A stretch of 64,000 bases of DNA from an uncultured Candidatus Rokubacteria bacterium (GTDB lineage Bacteria > Methylomirabilota > Methylomirabilia > Rokubacteriales > DASRDR01): positions 608,001-672,000 of the forward strand of contig CAWGVS010000005.1 of NCBI GenBank assembly GCA_963826115.1. Direction: 5' to 3'. Positions 43,001-52,431 of the stretch are shown in pieces. A model generated the notes under the pieces. The model was not told the origin of the DNA. It made no database searches and was given only the letters and a program-made list of their open reading frames with translations. Positions within the stretch are counted from its first letter, which is position 1; each line of letters begins with the position of its first letter. The position numbers and the translations under genes were made by a program.

Positions 43001-43543
43001 TTCCTCCGGACCCAGCACGACGATCTGTCCTCGTCGATGCGGGACCTGGAGAAGGCGCTCCGCGGGATGACCCGGACCGCGCAGGAGCGGTTCCTCGAGG
43101 CGTTCGAGGCCATCAACCGGAACTTCCAGGACCTCTTCGCTCGACTCTTCGAGGGCGGGCGCGCCGAGCTCCGCCTGGTGGAGGCGCCCGAGGGCGGCGA
43201 CCCGCTCGACACGGGCATCGAGATGGTCGCCCAGCCGCGCGGGAAGCGCCTCCAGGCGATCTCGCTGCTCTCCGGCGGCGAGAAGGCGCTCACGGGCCTG
43301 GCGCTGCTGTTCGCGATCTTCTACTACCGGCCGAGCCCCTTCTGCCTGCTGGACGAGGTGGACGCGCCGCTCGACGACGCGAACATCCACCGGTTCACGC
43401 GGGTCCTCCGGGAGCTGTCCGGCCAGACGCAGTTCATCGTGATCACCCACAACCGGAAGACCATGGAGGCGGCCGACGTCCTGTACGGCGTCACCATGGA
43501 GGAGCCGGGGCTCTCGAGGATCGTCTCGGTCAGCCTCGCCTGA
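40001..43543 (+). CDS. smc: Chromosome segregation protein SMC
   Basis: GFKSFA, GPNGCGKSN, coiled coils, hinge, LSGGEK, LLDEVDAPLD. Confidence 0.97.
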   Translation: MRLQSVTLFGFKSFADRTDVRILPGITAIVGPNGCGKSNISDALRWALGEQSAKALRGHRMEDVIFHGSASRRPLGLSEVLLTFSNDGELAVPWSEVGLGRRLYRDGESEYLLNKQVCRLKDIHDLFLGTGVNPKAYALMEQERLAQILTAKPLDRRVFVEEAAGITRYKLQRAETLTKLEATRQNLLRVRDVMDEVKRQLGSLERQAKKAQQHKALQAERRTIEVALLAAEHAGLAGEEERLGREEATERAQVELGQTRVAAQGAAVELARADVMGAEQRAAEARHALQRAELELEGCIGRAEQLRLVERDLGAEVSRLGEEAEALSLKVKALAEERRSKGTLLEALQRDYVDLEARARTEEAALDELRVRLRGAREAAETLRRDQVGLAGHRTELGQILGALDERGEHLHRRLHRLKAERTEAEAERARIETARGVASERVGAAAARLAALEVELRELATDAAAASAERAAATEAGEACRVALAGRRSSLSALEELEAQRAGYAQGVQAVFAAAGDARLRGVVGTVADLLEVPRELEHAVEAVLGERLQWVVMETFEAAKAALGYLGRSGGGQATFLPLDWLNGTEKTHVGTDPGVVGLAEALVASGHPRLVANLLGSVVVVRDLGSAERLYSQNGHGTSFVTVGGEVLSPPGALGGGRASGGGDASLLARKRSIRDLGGEIRRLEAELEQTLERGRRAEARVAALDDTQRARAAAREGAEADRLSASKDLEQVVREAERVGLMAEGIRAEIAQLRGDAASVEAEARTQRETLAEVESTAARVASEIAELLGRIDVDSHDEARRSQAFLDAQVELAALAGRVDTLQTDLVRNQTDDGEAQERIRAGEERLQGLRGRLEEGALERRRLDARAETIRAERDQTESVARVTAEAMRERAEAVTRAADELRASEVELHRASRAVQEHAIRLAEIRVRRQDLEADARRRFEVDADGLRLAHDPARDLGEAQARLETITQRIAALEPVNLIADEEYRELDERLGFLRTQHDDLSSSMRDLEKALRGMTRTAQERFLEAFEAINRNFQDLFARLFEGGRAELRLVEAPEGGDPLDTGIEMVAQPRGKRLQAISLLSGGEKALTGLALLFAIFYYRPSPFCLLDEVDAPLDDANIHRFTRVLRELSGQTQFIVITHNRKTMEAADVLYGVTMEEPGLSRIVSVSLA

Positions 43544-43744
43544 CGACCGACTATCCGGAAGCGCGGACGGACGAGCTCTTGCCGACGCGGTTGCGCGCCC
43601 GCTTGTTGCAGATGAACGCCGTGGTGCGAAGCCTTGCCAGTTGTCGCTTCCACATGCCGGGTGACTGGTGACTTCAGGACGCTGACTCTCGCCGACCTGT
43701 CTGCTCCGAGAGAGCGGAGCTGCGGTCCTGTGGATCAGGCATTT

Positions 43745-43783
43745 CCCTCGGCCACGCCCGACGAGTCCGACCCGAAGCGTCAG
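43745..43783 (-). pseudogene. Stub of Gfo/Idh/MocA oxidoreductase (cassette copy A)
   Basis: Reads LTLRVGLVGRGRG overlapping the cupin stop, matching MTQRVGLIGCGRWG and MTLGIGLVGCGRWG of the other copies. Confidence 0.65.
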
Positions 43784-44346
43784 GTGGCGCTCGGGCCGGG
43801 AACGGAGCCGTAGGCCGACAACCAGGCCTGCAGGAACTCTTGTACGAGGCTCGGATAGTCCCCCGCGGTGGCATCCCGTTCCGACAGGGTGGGCGCGGTC
43901 GTCGGCCACGAGAGGCGCAGCTCGGGAGAGTTCCAGCGGCACCCGAGCTCGTCGTTCGGGTCCCAGTAGCGGGAGGTTCCGTAGACCAGGACCGTCGGCT
44001 CGGGAGCGTAGAGGCCGTGCGCCACGCCCACGGGAACGACGACAGCACGAGGGGTCCGCGCGTCCAACTCGAGCAGCTGCGACGAGCCGACGGTGGGGGA
44101 CCACGGGCGAAGGTCGTGGAGCCCGAGCAGCATGCGGCCCGCGGCTGGCACGAGGTGATCCACATGGCGCACGTGCACGTGGACGCCGCGCAGCACGCCG
44201 GCCGCGCTCGTCATCACGTTCCACTGGACGGGCTGGCAGCCGAGGTTCCAGGCCTCGCGGAAGATCTCGAGGAGCATGCCCCGATTATCGGCGTGGGGGG
44301 TCAAGGGGCGGATGACAACGCCGTCGGGCAGCGCTGCGTCTAGCAT
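43780..44346 (-). CDS. dTDP-4-dehydrorhamnose 3,5-epimerase-like cupin (copy A)
   Basis: H.DNRG...E, GVLRGVH, P.GVAHG, Y....YW.P.DE..CRW, LSERD; RmlC-like. Confidence 0.85.
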   Translation of the reverse strand: MLDAALPDGVVIRPLTPHADNRGMLLEIFREAWNLGCQPVQWNVMTSAAGVLRGVHVHVRHVDHLVPAAGRMLLGLHDLRPWSPTVGSSQLLELDARTPRAVVVPVGVAHGLYAPEPTVLVYGTSRYWDPNDELGCRWNSPELRLSWPTTAPTLSERDATAGDYPSLVQEFLQAWLSAYGSVPGPSAT

Positions 44347-44657
44347 AGGGCCGCCTCTACCCTAGCATCCCGAAGTCATCGACCGGGAGTGAAGAGGTCT
44401 GGCCGGAATCGTTCTGAGGCCAGACTCGATGATTTGGCCGGCGGCGTGCCTAGGATTCTTGTTGAGGCCGCTCACATCACCGGCCTATCATCGGCAGGGA
44501 AGGGTGTCGGCCGCGACTGTCGAGGTGGATCGACCATGGCCGCGGGTCGGCGCGTTCTCGCCGGGCGTCCCGACGTCATGAGGAACATCGTGACCCATGG
44601 GAGTGTCGAGCAGCACATGGTGGACGCAGGGGCTCGCTTCGCGCGCGCCACGATGGC

Positions 44658-45428
44658 ATGGGCAAGATCCTGACCGACCCTCAGATCGCGCAGTACGTGG
44701 CTCAGGGCTACGTCGCTCCGATTCCCGTTCTCACGCGCGCGCAGGCGGACCGGTATCGGGAGGAGCTGGAACGGTTCCTCGATGCAAGCGGAGGCGCGGA
44801 TCCGCGGGCGCCGGTCCTCCGGACGAAAGTGCATTTGCGCTGTCCGGTCCTGCTCGAGCTGGTCTCGATGCCGGCGATCCTCGACGCAGTGGCAGACGTT
44901 CTCGGCCCTGATCTCCTCTGCCGGTCGTCCAGCGTGTTTCTCAAGCTGCCGGGGGGCGCCACCTACGTGGCGTGGCACCAGGACGCGGCGTACTGGGAGC
45001 TGGAGCCGCCGGACGTGGCGACGGCATGGGTGGCGTTGACCGACAGCACAGAGGAGAACGGCGCGCTCCAGGTGCTGCCGGGCAGTCATCGCGCGCCGCT
45101 GATGCCACACGGGGAGCTCGGTGATCCAGCCAACCTGCTCTCGCGGGGGCAGGGAATCACGGTCCCGATCGACGCGAGCCGTGTGGTCTCCCTCGTCCTG
45201 CGGGCGGGTGAGATCTCGATCCACCACGTGGGGTTAGCACACGGCTCCCGGCCGAACGCGGCGGCCACGCGCCGGATCGGCTTCGCGATCAGGTATGTTG
45301 CCGCTCACGTGCGCAACACCAGGGGACGCCGGGACAGCGCCATGCTCGTCCGGGGCGTCGACCGCTTCAGGCACTTCGACGCGGAGCGGACCGAGGGCCC
45401 CTGGCCGTCGAGTGTCAAGCGCGGCTAG
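44658..45428 (+). CDS. Phytanoyl-CoA dioxygenase (PhyH) family Fe(II)/2OG enzyme
   Basis: WHQD, WVALTD...ENG.L.VLPGSH, HGS.PN....R. Confidence 0.88.
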   Translation: MGKILTDPQIAQYVAQGYVAPIPVLTRAQADRYREELERFLDASGGADPRAPVLRTKVHLRCPVLLELVSMPAILDAVADVLGPDLLCRSSSVFLKLPGGATYVAWHQDAAYWELEPPDVATAWVALTDSTEENGALQVLPGSHRAPLMPHGELGDPANLLSRGQGITVPIDASRVVSLVLRAGEISIHHVGLAHGSRPNAAATRRIGFAIRYVAAHVRNTRGRRDSAMLVRGVDRFRHFDAERTEGPWPSSVKRG

Positions 45429-45478
45429 CTCGGGCCGATCCCGATGCGCCGCCGCATGCGCCACCCAGACCTGCGCGA

Positions 45479-46429
45479 TCAGAGCCCGGGCCGGTCAGGT
45501 TGGCGTCCCGCCGGGCCGAGACGCCGAGCTGCCGCGAGGGCGGAGCGCAACGGGCCGGTCCACCGCCAGGACCTCGATCGGAGGACGCGCCCGAGCTCCG
45601 CCTCCAGCCGACCGCGCTCCGCGGCGACGCGCGCGTGGTGGCCGGCAAGCTCGGCGTACTGCCGGTCGCTCCGAACTGCCGTGGTGACGATCGAGCGCCA
45701 CGCGGCGGCTTCGACCGACTGGCGCGTCCGGGAGTCGAGGAGGCGCGTGTGCCACTGGCGGTTCTCCTCGGCGCGATCCTCGAGAGACATACTGCTGCGG
45801 GGCGGAGTCGCGAACTGGACCGCGGTGACTCCCATGTGGGTCCCGTAGCGGAGCCCGGGGTACCGCAGGAACTTGCGCCACATGTGAAGGTCCGACCAGA
45901 TCCCCGCTGGCGCTGGCGCCCACCCCTCGGGCAGCCGCCGGTAGGCATCGAGCCGATAGGCGCCGAACGAGAGGCCGAATCGATTGAATACCTCGGTCAA
46001 GAAGCGCTGACGCAGCTCGGGTTCTGCGAGATCGGCTGGCAGCGCCTGGACGGATCCGTCGGGATGGATCCACGTCTGGATCACGTGGCCGAAGTCGACC
46101 ACCGTCAGGAGCTTCTCCAGGCTGGCGAGATGGTCGGGGAACCACAGGTCGTCGTCCGCGATGTGCGCGACGTACTCGCCTGTCGCGCGGCCGAGTGCCA
46201 GGTGGCGATACGTCTCGCCCTGGCCCTCGCCCTTCGGGAACGCGAGCGCCGTCGTGCGCGGATCGCGCGCCGCGTACTCGCGCGCGCAGGCCACCGTCGC
46301 CTCGGGCGCCCCGTCGCAGATCACGACCAGCTCGAGGTCGGCGTGGCTCTGGGCCAGCACGGTCTCGATGGCGTACGGAAGCATCACCGGAGCGCGATGC
46401 ACCGGGAGTAGCACCGTGAAACGCGCCAC
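45479..46429 (-). CDS. Glycosyltransferase family 2 with C-terminal coiled coil (copy B)
   Basis: FTVLLPVH, ICDG, ADDDLW; tail SRSWRWTGPLR. Confidence 0.85.
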   Translation of the reverse strand: MARFTVLLPVHRAPVMLPYAIETVLAQSHADLELVVICDGAPEATVACAREYAARDPRTTALAFPKGEGQGETYRHLALGRATGEYVAHIADDDLWFPDHLASLEKLLTVVDFGHVIQTWIHPDGSVQALPADLAEPELRQRFLTEVFNRFGLSFGAYRLDAYRRLPEGWAPAPAGIWSDLHMWRKFLRYPGLRYGTHMGVTAVQFATPPRSSMSLEDRAEENRQWHTRLLDSRTRQSVEAAAWRSIVTTAVRSDRQYAELAGHHARVAAERGRLEAELGRVLRSRSWRWTGPLRSALAAARRLGPAGRQPDRPGL

Positions 46430-46436
46430 GCGACGC

Positions 46437-47360
46437 TCAGTCCGGCAGCGCGGCGAGCCGCCGGAGCGCGGCGATGCGCTCGACCACGAGCAGACCCTCC
46501 CCCGCCGAGGACCGGGGCGGGGGCCCGCCCCGGAGGTGGTCGAGGAAGGCGTTGAGCTCGCGGAGCAGCGGCGGGTCGCCCGCCGCCGGCCGGTCCTGGG
46601 GCGTGCCGAAGCTCCCACCCGGCGCGCCTTCGGCGACCGCGATCCGGTCGTCGTAGGAGTCGGCCAGCTGCGCCGCCTTGCGGCTCCCGACGACGACGAC
46701 AGCGCGCCGGGTGACCGGATGGCTGGTCCCGATCTCGATCGTCACCTGCGGCCCACTCGGGTCGTCCCGGAGGACGGCGAGAAAGTCGGAGGCGGCCCGC
46801 CCCGGCACCGGGAGGAGCACCGCGGCGGCCGCGGGCAGGTAGCCAAGGATCTCCAGGGCGATCGCAAGGTCGTGGGGCAGCAGGATCCACAGCGCATCGA
46901 CGTCCGGGTGGGGGTGGCCCCAGCCGAGCCGGTACGAGCGGACCGCGAGGATCTCACCCAGCTCGCCCGACTTGGCCGCGGCCGCCAGGGCCTCGACCCC
47001 CGCGTGATAGCGCCACTTGTCCATGACGAAGATGCGGTCGCCGGCCGTGGCCACGAGGCGCCGAGCGGCCGCGAGGTCGTTCGTCATCGGCTTCTCGACG
47101 AACAGTGGCCGGCCGGTGGGGAGGAGCCGCTCGATCACGGTCGCGTGCGTGCTCGTGGGACTCGCGATCACGAAGCCGTCGACCGGCTCGCGGAGATCGT
47201 CGATCGTAGCGACCGCCGCGCCCGCGCCGAGGGTGACGGCCTCGCGGCGGTTCGCCGCGGACGGCGCGACGACCTGCACTTCGGCGCCCAGCGCCAGGAG
47301 GTCGCGGAGGATGAGCCGGCCCCATCGACCGCATCCGATGAGCCCGACGCGCTGCGTCAC
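46437..47360 (-). CDS. Gfo/Idh/MocA family oxidoreductase (copy B)
   Basis: IGCGRWG Rossmann motif, FVEKP, PHD; GTGA overlap with cupin stop. Confidence 0.88.
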   Translation of the reverse strand: MTQRVGLIGCGRWGRLILRDLLALGAEVQVVAPSAANRREAVTLGAGAAVATIDDLREPVDGFVIASPTSTHATVIERLLPTGRPLFVEKPMTNDLAAARRLVATAGDRIFVMDKWRYHAGVEALAAAAKSGELGEILAVRSYRLGWGHPHPDVDALWILLPHDLAIALEILGYLPAAAAVLLPVPGRAASDFLAVLRDDPSGPQVTIEIGTSHPVTRRAVVVVGSRKAAQLADSYDDRIAVAEGAPGGSFGTPQDRPAAGDPPLLRELNAFLDHLRGGPPPRSSAGEGLLVVERIAALRRLAALPD

Positions 47361-47950
47361 CGCTGGGTCCGGCCGGGGGTGGAGCCGTGCACGGCCGCCC
47401 ACTTCGCAAGGAAGGCTTCCACGAAGCCCGAGTAATCCGCCGCGGTGGCATCGCGCTCCGACAGGATCGGAGACCGCACCGGCCACCCAAGACCGATCTC
47501 CGGGGCGTTCCAGCGGCAAGCGAGCTCATCGGTGGCGTCCCAGTAGTGCGACGCGCCATGAACGAGGAGCGACGGCTCGGTGGAGTACAGGCCATGCGCC
47601 ACCCCCGCCGGGACGATCACCGCGCGGGGCGCACGGGCGTCGAGCTCGATCAGCTCCGAGGCGCCGGAGGTGGAAGACCAGGGCCGCAGGTCGTGAAGGC
47701 CGAGCAGCATGCGGCCCGCGGCCGGGATGAGGTGATCGACGCGCCGGACGTGCGCTTGGATGCCACGCAGCACGCCGGCCGTGCTCGTTATCGCGTTCCA
47801 CTGCAGGGGCCGGCAACCCAGGTCCCACGACTCGCGGAAGATCTCGACCAAGTTGCCGCGGGGATCCGGGTGGGGCGTCAAGGCATGGATCACGACGCCC
47901 TCGGGCAGCGCGCTGCCAGCCGCGCGCGCCTTGGTTCGAGCCGGCTCCAT
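47357..47950 (-). CDS. dTDP-4-dehydrorhamnose 3,5-epimerase-like cupin (copy B)
   Basis: Close paralog of 43780..44346; GVLRGIQAH, GVAHG. Confidence 0.85.
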   Translation of the reverse strand: MEPARTKARAAGSALPEGVVIHALTPHPDPRGNLVEIFRESWDLGCRPLQWNAITSTAGVLRGIQAHVRRVDHLIPAAGRMLLGLHDLRPWSSTSGASELIELDARAPRAVIVPAGVAHGLYSTEPSLLVHGASHYWDATDELACRWNAPEIGLGWPVRSPILSERDATAADYSGFVEAFLAKWAAVHGSTPGRTQR

Positions 47951-48134
47951 CGTCTGCCTTCCTGCCGCCGCGGAACGCGGCCGCGGCCAGCCGTACAAGC
48001 CTAGCATCCCGGCTCCCCGGGGGCAGAGATACGGGTGACGTCAGGCTGCCGTGCGAGGGTGACTAGAACCGCGAACGGGTGCGCGCCGCTTCCGCCATTG
48101 CGCGGTTCGGCCGCGCAGAATAACCTGGCATCCC

Positions 48135-48941
48135 ATGCGTGTCGTAGCGGTCCTCGCGGTGCGCAACGAGCAGCGGTTCATCGCGGCGTGCCTCGAAAAC
48201 CTCCGTCAGCAAGGGATCGAGACCTACCTCTGTGACAACGACTCGTCTGACCGCACGCTCGAGATCGCCGAGCGGTACTGGGGACGTGGCCTCGTTGGCA
48301 TGGAGCGGATCCCCTATGATGGCGTGTACCGGTGGGAGCGAATCCTCGAGCGCAAGGAAAGGATCTTCCAGGTTCTCGACGCAGACTGGGTGATGCATGC
48401 GGATGCGGACGAGATCTACCTGCCGCCTCGCTGGTGCCGTACGCTCGTGGATGCCCTGTCGGACGCCGACGCGCGCGGCTACGACACCGTGGACTTCTCG
48501 GAGTTCACGTTCGTGCCGACGTAGGAGGCGCCTGACCACGACCACGCCGACTTCCAGCGAACGATGCGATGGTACTATCCCCTGCGACCCCGGTCGCCGC
48601 ACAAGGTGCGCGCATTCAAGAAGCGCGGCGGGCCCATCGAGATCGCGTGGTCCGGCGGTCACGAGGTTCGGTTCGCCACGCCCTCCAGGTTGTGCCCTCA
48701 GCCCAGTCGGATGCGACACTACCTGTTCCTCAGCGTGGAGCACGCCGTGCGTAAGTATGCGACCCGGCGGTACGACCTCGCGGAGGTGGAGATCGGTTGG
48801 CATGCATGGCGAGCCCACCTGCGGCCCGAGCACGTGCGCCTGCCCGGCTCACGAGAGCTCCGCGTCACAGTCTCGGACGACGACCTGGACCCCTCTGATC
48901 CCTGGACCCAGAACTGGCTGGGCCGCTGCGTGCCGCGCTGA
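48135..48941 (+). pseudogene. Glycosyltransferase family 2 with one in-frame TAG (48522-48524)
   Basis: VRNE, DNDSSDRT, HADADE; frame continues FVPT*EAPDHDH..MRWYY..HY into ORF 48564..48941. Confidence 0.75.
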
Positions 48942-49131
48942 GGGGCACGGCGCTGAACAGCGACACGATCCCGCGGTTCGGGTGGGGCTAGATCGCCATC
49001 CCTGGTCCGGGAGGGTCAGCCCTGTCGCAGTAAAGGCGAGGGATGAGCGCCGGGCGTAGAGACGAGCAAGAGCCCCCCTTCGGCGTCGCGCCACGGGTGC
49101 TTTCATGCCTCCGTCGGATTCTCGGTCAGCG

Positions 49132-50052
49132 ATGGTGAAGCTGTCCGTCGTGATCCTCAACTGGAACGCGGCCGACGACACTGTGGCATGTCTCCGTTCG
49201 GTCGAGGCCTGGGACGCGAAGGGCATCGTTGATCGGCCAACGATTTGGGTGGTGGACAACGCCTCGCGGCCACCCGGAATCGAGCCGATCCGCCGGGAGT
49301 TCCCGGACGTCCGCATCCTGGAGAGCCCGACCAATCGAGGCTTCGGCGGCGGCAACAACCTGGGGATCGAAGCGGCCCTCCGCCACGGGGCGGACGCAGT
49401 GCTCCTGCTGAACAACGATGCGTTCGTTGACGCCGAGAGCGTCGCGGCGATAGTGGCAACCCTCTCGGCCGATGCCGCGATCGGAGTCGTCGGCCCGACC
49501 GTCTGGCACCGAGGCGAGTGCGTCTCGGCGGGAGGACGGGATATTGCGCGATATTCGGTGACGCACCTCAGGCCGCGAGTGCTGCCGACGAGTCGCGTGG
49601 ACGTAGACTACGTGCCCGGCACGGTGGCGCTCCTCCGGCGGCAGGTGTTCGAGCGCGCCGGTCTGTTCGACGAGGAGTACTTCTTCGGCGGCGAGATGGC
49701 CGATCTGTGCCACCGAGCCCGGCTGCATGGGCTCCGGTCAGTTATCGACCCTCGCGGGCGGGCCCGCCACGACCTGGATCGCTCCCTGGGCCTTCGCGAG
49801 ACCCTGCATGCCTACTACGTCGTTCGCAATCGATTCCTTTACGTGCGGAAGCACCATGCTCGACGAGCGACTTGGCTCTACGGCAGATGGATCCTGCGAG
49901 GTGCCGTGGCCATCCTGGCCGCCCTCTGCCGAGGCAAGTCGACGCGGGCCTGGGCCATTTCCCTGGGCGTTCTGGATGGCATGCGGGGGCGATTCGGCGG
50001 GCGGAATGAGCGGGTCCTTGGGAGCAACGCCCATCCCGTTCGGCCCCGATGA
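49132..50052 (+). CDS. Glycosyltransferase family 2
   Basis: VVILNWN, VDNAS, NRGFGGGNN, LLNND, FDEEYF, YYVVRNR. Confidence 0.9.
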   Translation: MVKLSVVILNWNAADDTVACLRSVEAWDAKGIVDRPTIWVVDNASRPPGIEPIRREFPDVRILESPTNRGFGGGNNLGIEAALRHGADAVLLLNNDAFVDAESVAAIVATLSADAAIGVVGPTVWHRGECVSAGGRDIARYSVTHLRPRVLPTSRVDVDYVPGTVALLRRQVFERAGLFDEEYFFGGEMADLCHRARLHGLRSVIDPRGRARHDLDRSLGLRETLHAYYVVRNRFLYVRKHHARRATWLYGRWILRGAVAILAALCRGKSTRAWAISLGVLDGMRGRFGGRNERVLGSNAHPVRPR

Positions 50053-50180
50053 TCGCAGCGAAGCCGACCGGTCGAGAGCCCGCCGGTTTCAGGCCTGGGG
50101 AGTCCCGCGCTTCCGCGGGGCCGCGGGGAGGTGAGGCGCTGCCGCGAGGCCTGCGGGTAGGCGATCCGCCTAGAGGGCCG

Positions 50181-50348
50181 ATGGCGGAGAGATACGACTA
50201 CGAGATCGACCTGAGCCGGGACGACAGCCACTCGCGGACGATCGGGCTGGTCGGGCACGGGTAGAAGGTGCTCGAGGTCGGGTGCGCAAACCGGGTACGT
50301 GTCGGCGTTCCTGACGCAGTGACGCGGGTGGGTTGTCACTGTGGCTAG
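50181..50348 (+). pseudogene. Class I SAM methyltransferase N-terminal remnant
   Basis: MAERYDYEIDLSRDDSHSRTIGLVGHG*KVLEVGCA, then an extra base, TGYVSAFLTQ*RG; three lesions, then truncated at the radical SAM stop. Confidence 0.7.
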
Positions 50349-51874
50349 GGGTCTTGATGCGCAACACGCAACTGCGCGTCGTAGTGTGCCCAGTAGGCGG
50401 CAGCCCCTGGTTCTCCGGCTGTGAAGTTGTCGAGGTAAGAGTCGGAGAGGACATGCTCCGAGTCCAGCGAGCGAAAATTACGCCGGACACTCTCGAGATG
50501 GTAGGGGCCTTTTGGTCCCTGCGTGCACGTGGCGCAGTAAGGGACCTCGTCAGGACTCCGCCCACCACTCTGGGATTCAAACTGCGCGCGGTTCGTGAAT
50601 GCCGTCCGGGCGAGGAGGGCCATCGGTGAGTTCACCAGATCGATTCTCGGACCATCGGCGTTGATGCGGCCGAAGACCAGGCCCCGGAACGCTTCCGACG
50701 GCGCCATGCAACAGGGCAAGACGCGTCCCGCGCCGTCGAGGGTGATGGCGTCGTACAGATACGGGCACGAATACCCCGTGGGGTGCTCCGGTTCGTCAAG
50801 GCCTCCGGCGTCCCGGAACCGCTGGATCCAGCTCGCGCCGAACGCCGCCGACACGTGAGGTACGACTCGGGTCTTCATCTCCTCGGAACACCACTTCGTT
50901 GGCGCGACTCTCCCCGCTGTGTGCTGACGAAAATCGTGCGAGCCCCTGAGCGGTGACCGGACTGCCTTGATCGTCGGATCGTCCCACGTCACCTCGAATG
51001 GCGTGAAGACGGAAAGGCAATCGACGTCCAGGAGGCGGGCCAGCTGCATGGCCTCCTCCACCTGATGAGCGTTGTGCTCGAAGGTGAGGAACTGCCAGCA
51101 CAGGTAGGGGGTTTGGGAGCCGGCGCGCTTCTTGGCGGCGACGAGTTTGCGAACATTGTCGAGCACTAGGTCCAGTTTGCCGCGACGGCGGTACCGCCCA
51201 TAGACGTCCTGAGTCGTCCCGTCGATCGAGATGATCAGCCAATCGAGCCCCGAACCGACGATCGCGTCCGCGTCGATGGGCAGCGACAGGTTCGTCGAAG
51301 CCATGGTGTACATGAGGTAGGACTTTGCCAGCCGCACGAGGGTGGGGAAGTGCGGACTGAGAAGAGGCTCACCGTAGTTGTAGAGCATGCCAAACGACGC
51401 GAAGGGACCGAGTCCCGACAGGAAAGCCTCGTATTGATCGACTTTGAGCGTCTTGTTGGGCCAGTGAAAGCTCGACTTGTAAGCGGGATTAGCGGTGTGG
51501 ACACAGCCGGGACACGCAAGCTGGCAGGCGTTCGCCGGATCGACGAACAGGTGATACGGCCGCGAGACGAGAAGACTTCGGCGACGTTCGTATTCGTAGC
51601 GCCGCACCACGAGATTGGACGCCTTGAGCGCCACGAGCTGACAGTACGCCTCATCGTCATACGTGCGCAGGAGCTTCCCGTATACCTCGTCCTGCCAACG
51701 ATCGACGAGCCGCAGGAAGTCGACTGCGGTGATCCCGGATCGCGGACGGACGCCGTCTTGGAGGCGTCCCAGCATCGTGGAATGGGATCCGGCGAGCCGG
51801 CGGAGCAAGGACCCGGCGACTGCGGAGAAGTCACGCCATGTCGACAACGGCCGTCCCTCTCTTGCGGCGATCAC
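50345..51874 (-). CDS. Radical SAM protein with SPASM/twitch-like C-terminus
   Basis: CQLACPGC (CxxxCxxC), YNYGEPLL, STN, SIDG; CPYLY..GRVLPCC..CATC; start uncertain. Confidence 0.85.
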   Translation of the reverse strand: MIAAREGRPLSTWRDFSAVAGSLLRRLAGSHSTMLGRLQDGVRPRSGITAVDFLRLVDRWQDEVYGKLLRTYDDEAYCQLVALKASNLVVRRYEYERRRSLLVSRPYHLFVDPANACQLACPGCVHTANPAYKSSFHWPNKTLKVDQYEAFLSGLGPFASFGMLYNYGEPLLSPHFPTLVRLAKSYLMYTMASTNLSLPIDADAIVGSGLDWLIISIDGTTQDVYGRYRRRGKLDLVLDNVRKLVAAKKRAGSQTPYLCWQFLTFEHNAHQVEEAMQLARLLDVDCLSVFTPFEVTWDDPTIKAVRSPLRGSHDFRQHTAGRVAPTKWCSEEMKTRVVPHVSAAFGASWIQRFRDAGGLDEPEHPTGYSCPYLYDAITLDGAGRVLPCCMAPSEAFRGLVFGRINADGPRIDLVNSPMALLARTAFTNRAQFESQSGGRSPDEVPYCATCTQGPKGPYHLESVRRNFRSLDSEHVLSDSYLDNFTAGEPGAAAYWAHYDAQLRVAHQDP

Positions 51875-52365
51875 AAGTACCTAACACTGTGGCGACAGAT
51901 GAAGCAAGGATAGCCTACTTGTTCCGGGGCGCGAAGATCGGTCGATGTCTGCCGGCGCGCCTCGGCTGGCAACCCTGGATGGTGGATGCCGAGCATCAGG
52001 CAGTTAGAACAGTGGGGGTCCTCTGGGGCTGGTGCAGTCTGCCCCGTCTCATGGGTGGTCCGTCTCGCCCAGGTTGACTTGTGTAGGTGGTCGCAATGGA
52101 GTGCCCGAGCACCCGCAGCCATCAGGGTAGCCATGCACTCTCCCGCGATTGGGACTCGAAATCAGTGGGGCGGCCCGAGCACAGGTTCCGGCAGGGCAGC
52201 GCAAAGCTGGACGCCAGGGTGTCAGGGGCCAGATGGAGGTGCCGGATCGGTTCTTCGACGAGCCGTGAGCGGGCGCCCATGCCGAGGTGGCGGGTCGAGC
52301 CAGACGAATTGCGCACGAGCAGTTACAGCCGCGAGAACTCCAATGACGACCTTGGCTTGTTCAGG

Positions 52366-52410
52366 CTACTACGTGGTGCGCAACCGGTTCCCGTACGTGC
52401 GGAAGCACCA
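52366..52410 (+). pseudogene. Remnant of a GT2 paralog of 49132..50052
   Basis: 39 of 45 nt identical to 49812..49856; YYVVRNRFPYVRKH versus YYVVRNRFLYVRKH. Confidence 0.7.
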
Positions 52411-52431
52411 GATGCCCGGCGCCGCTCGGTG

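Noticed and set aside
50074-50103. Resemblance to an IS200/IS605 end hairpin
   Set aside because: Stem pairs poorly and no tnpA/tnpB or partner end is present
51875-52365. Short ORFs upstream of the radical SAM gene
   Set aside because: No motifs, SD or codon bias; treated as degenerate intergenic DNA
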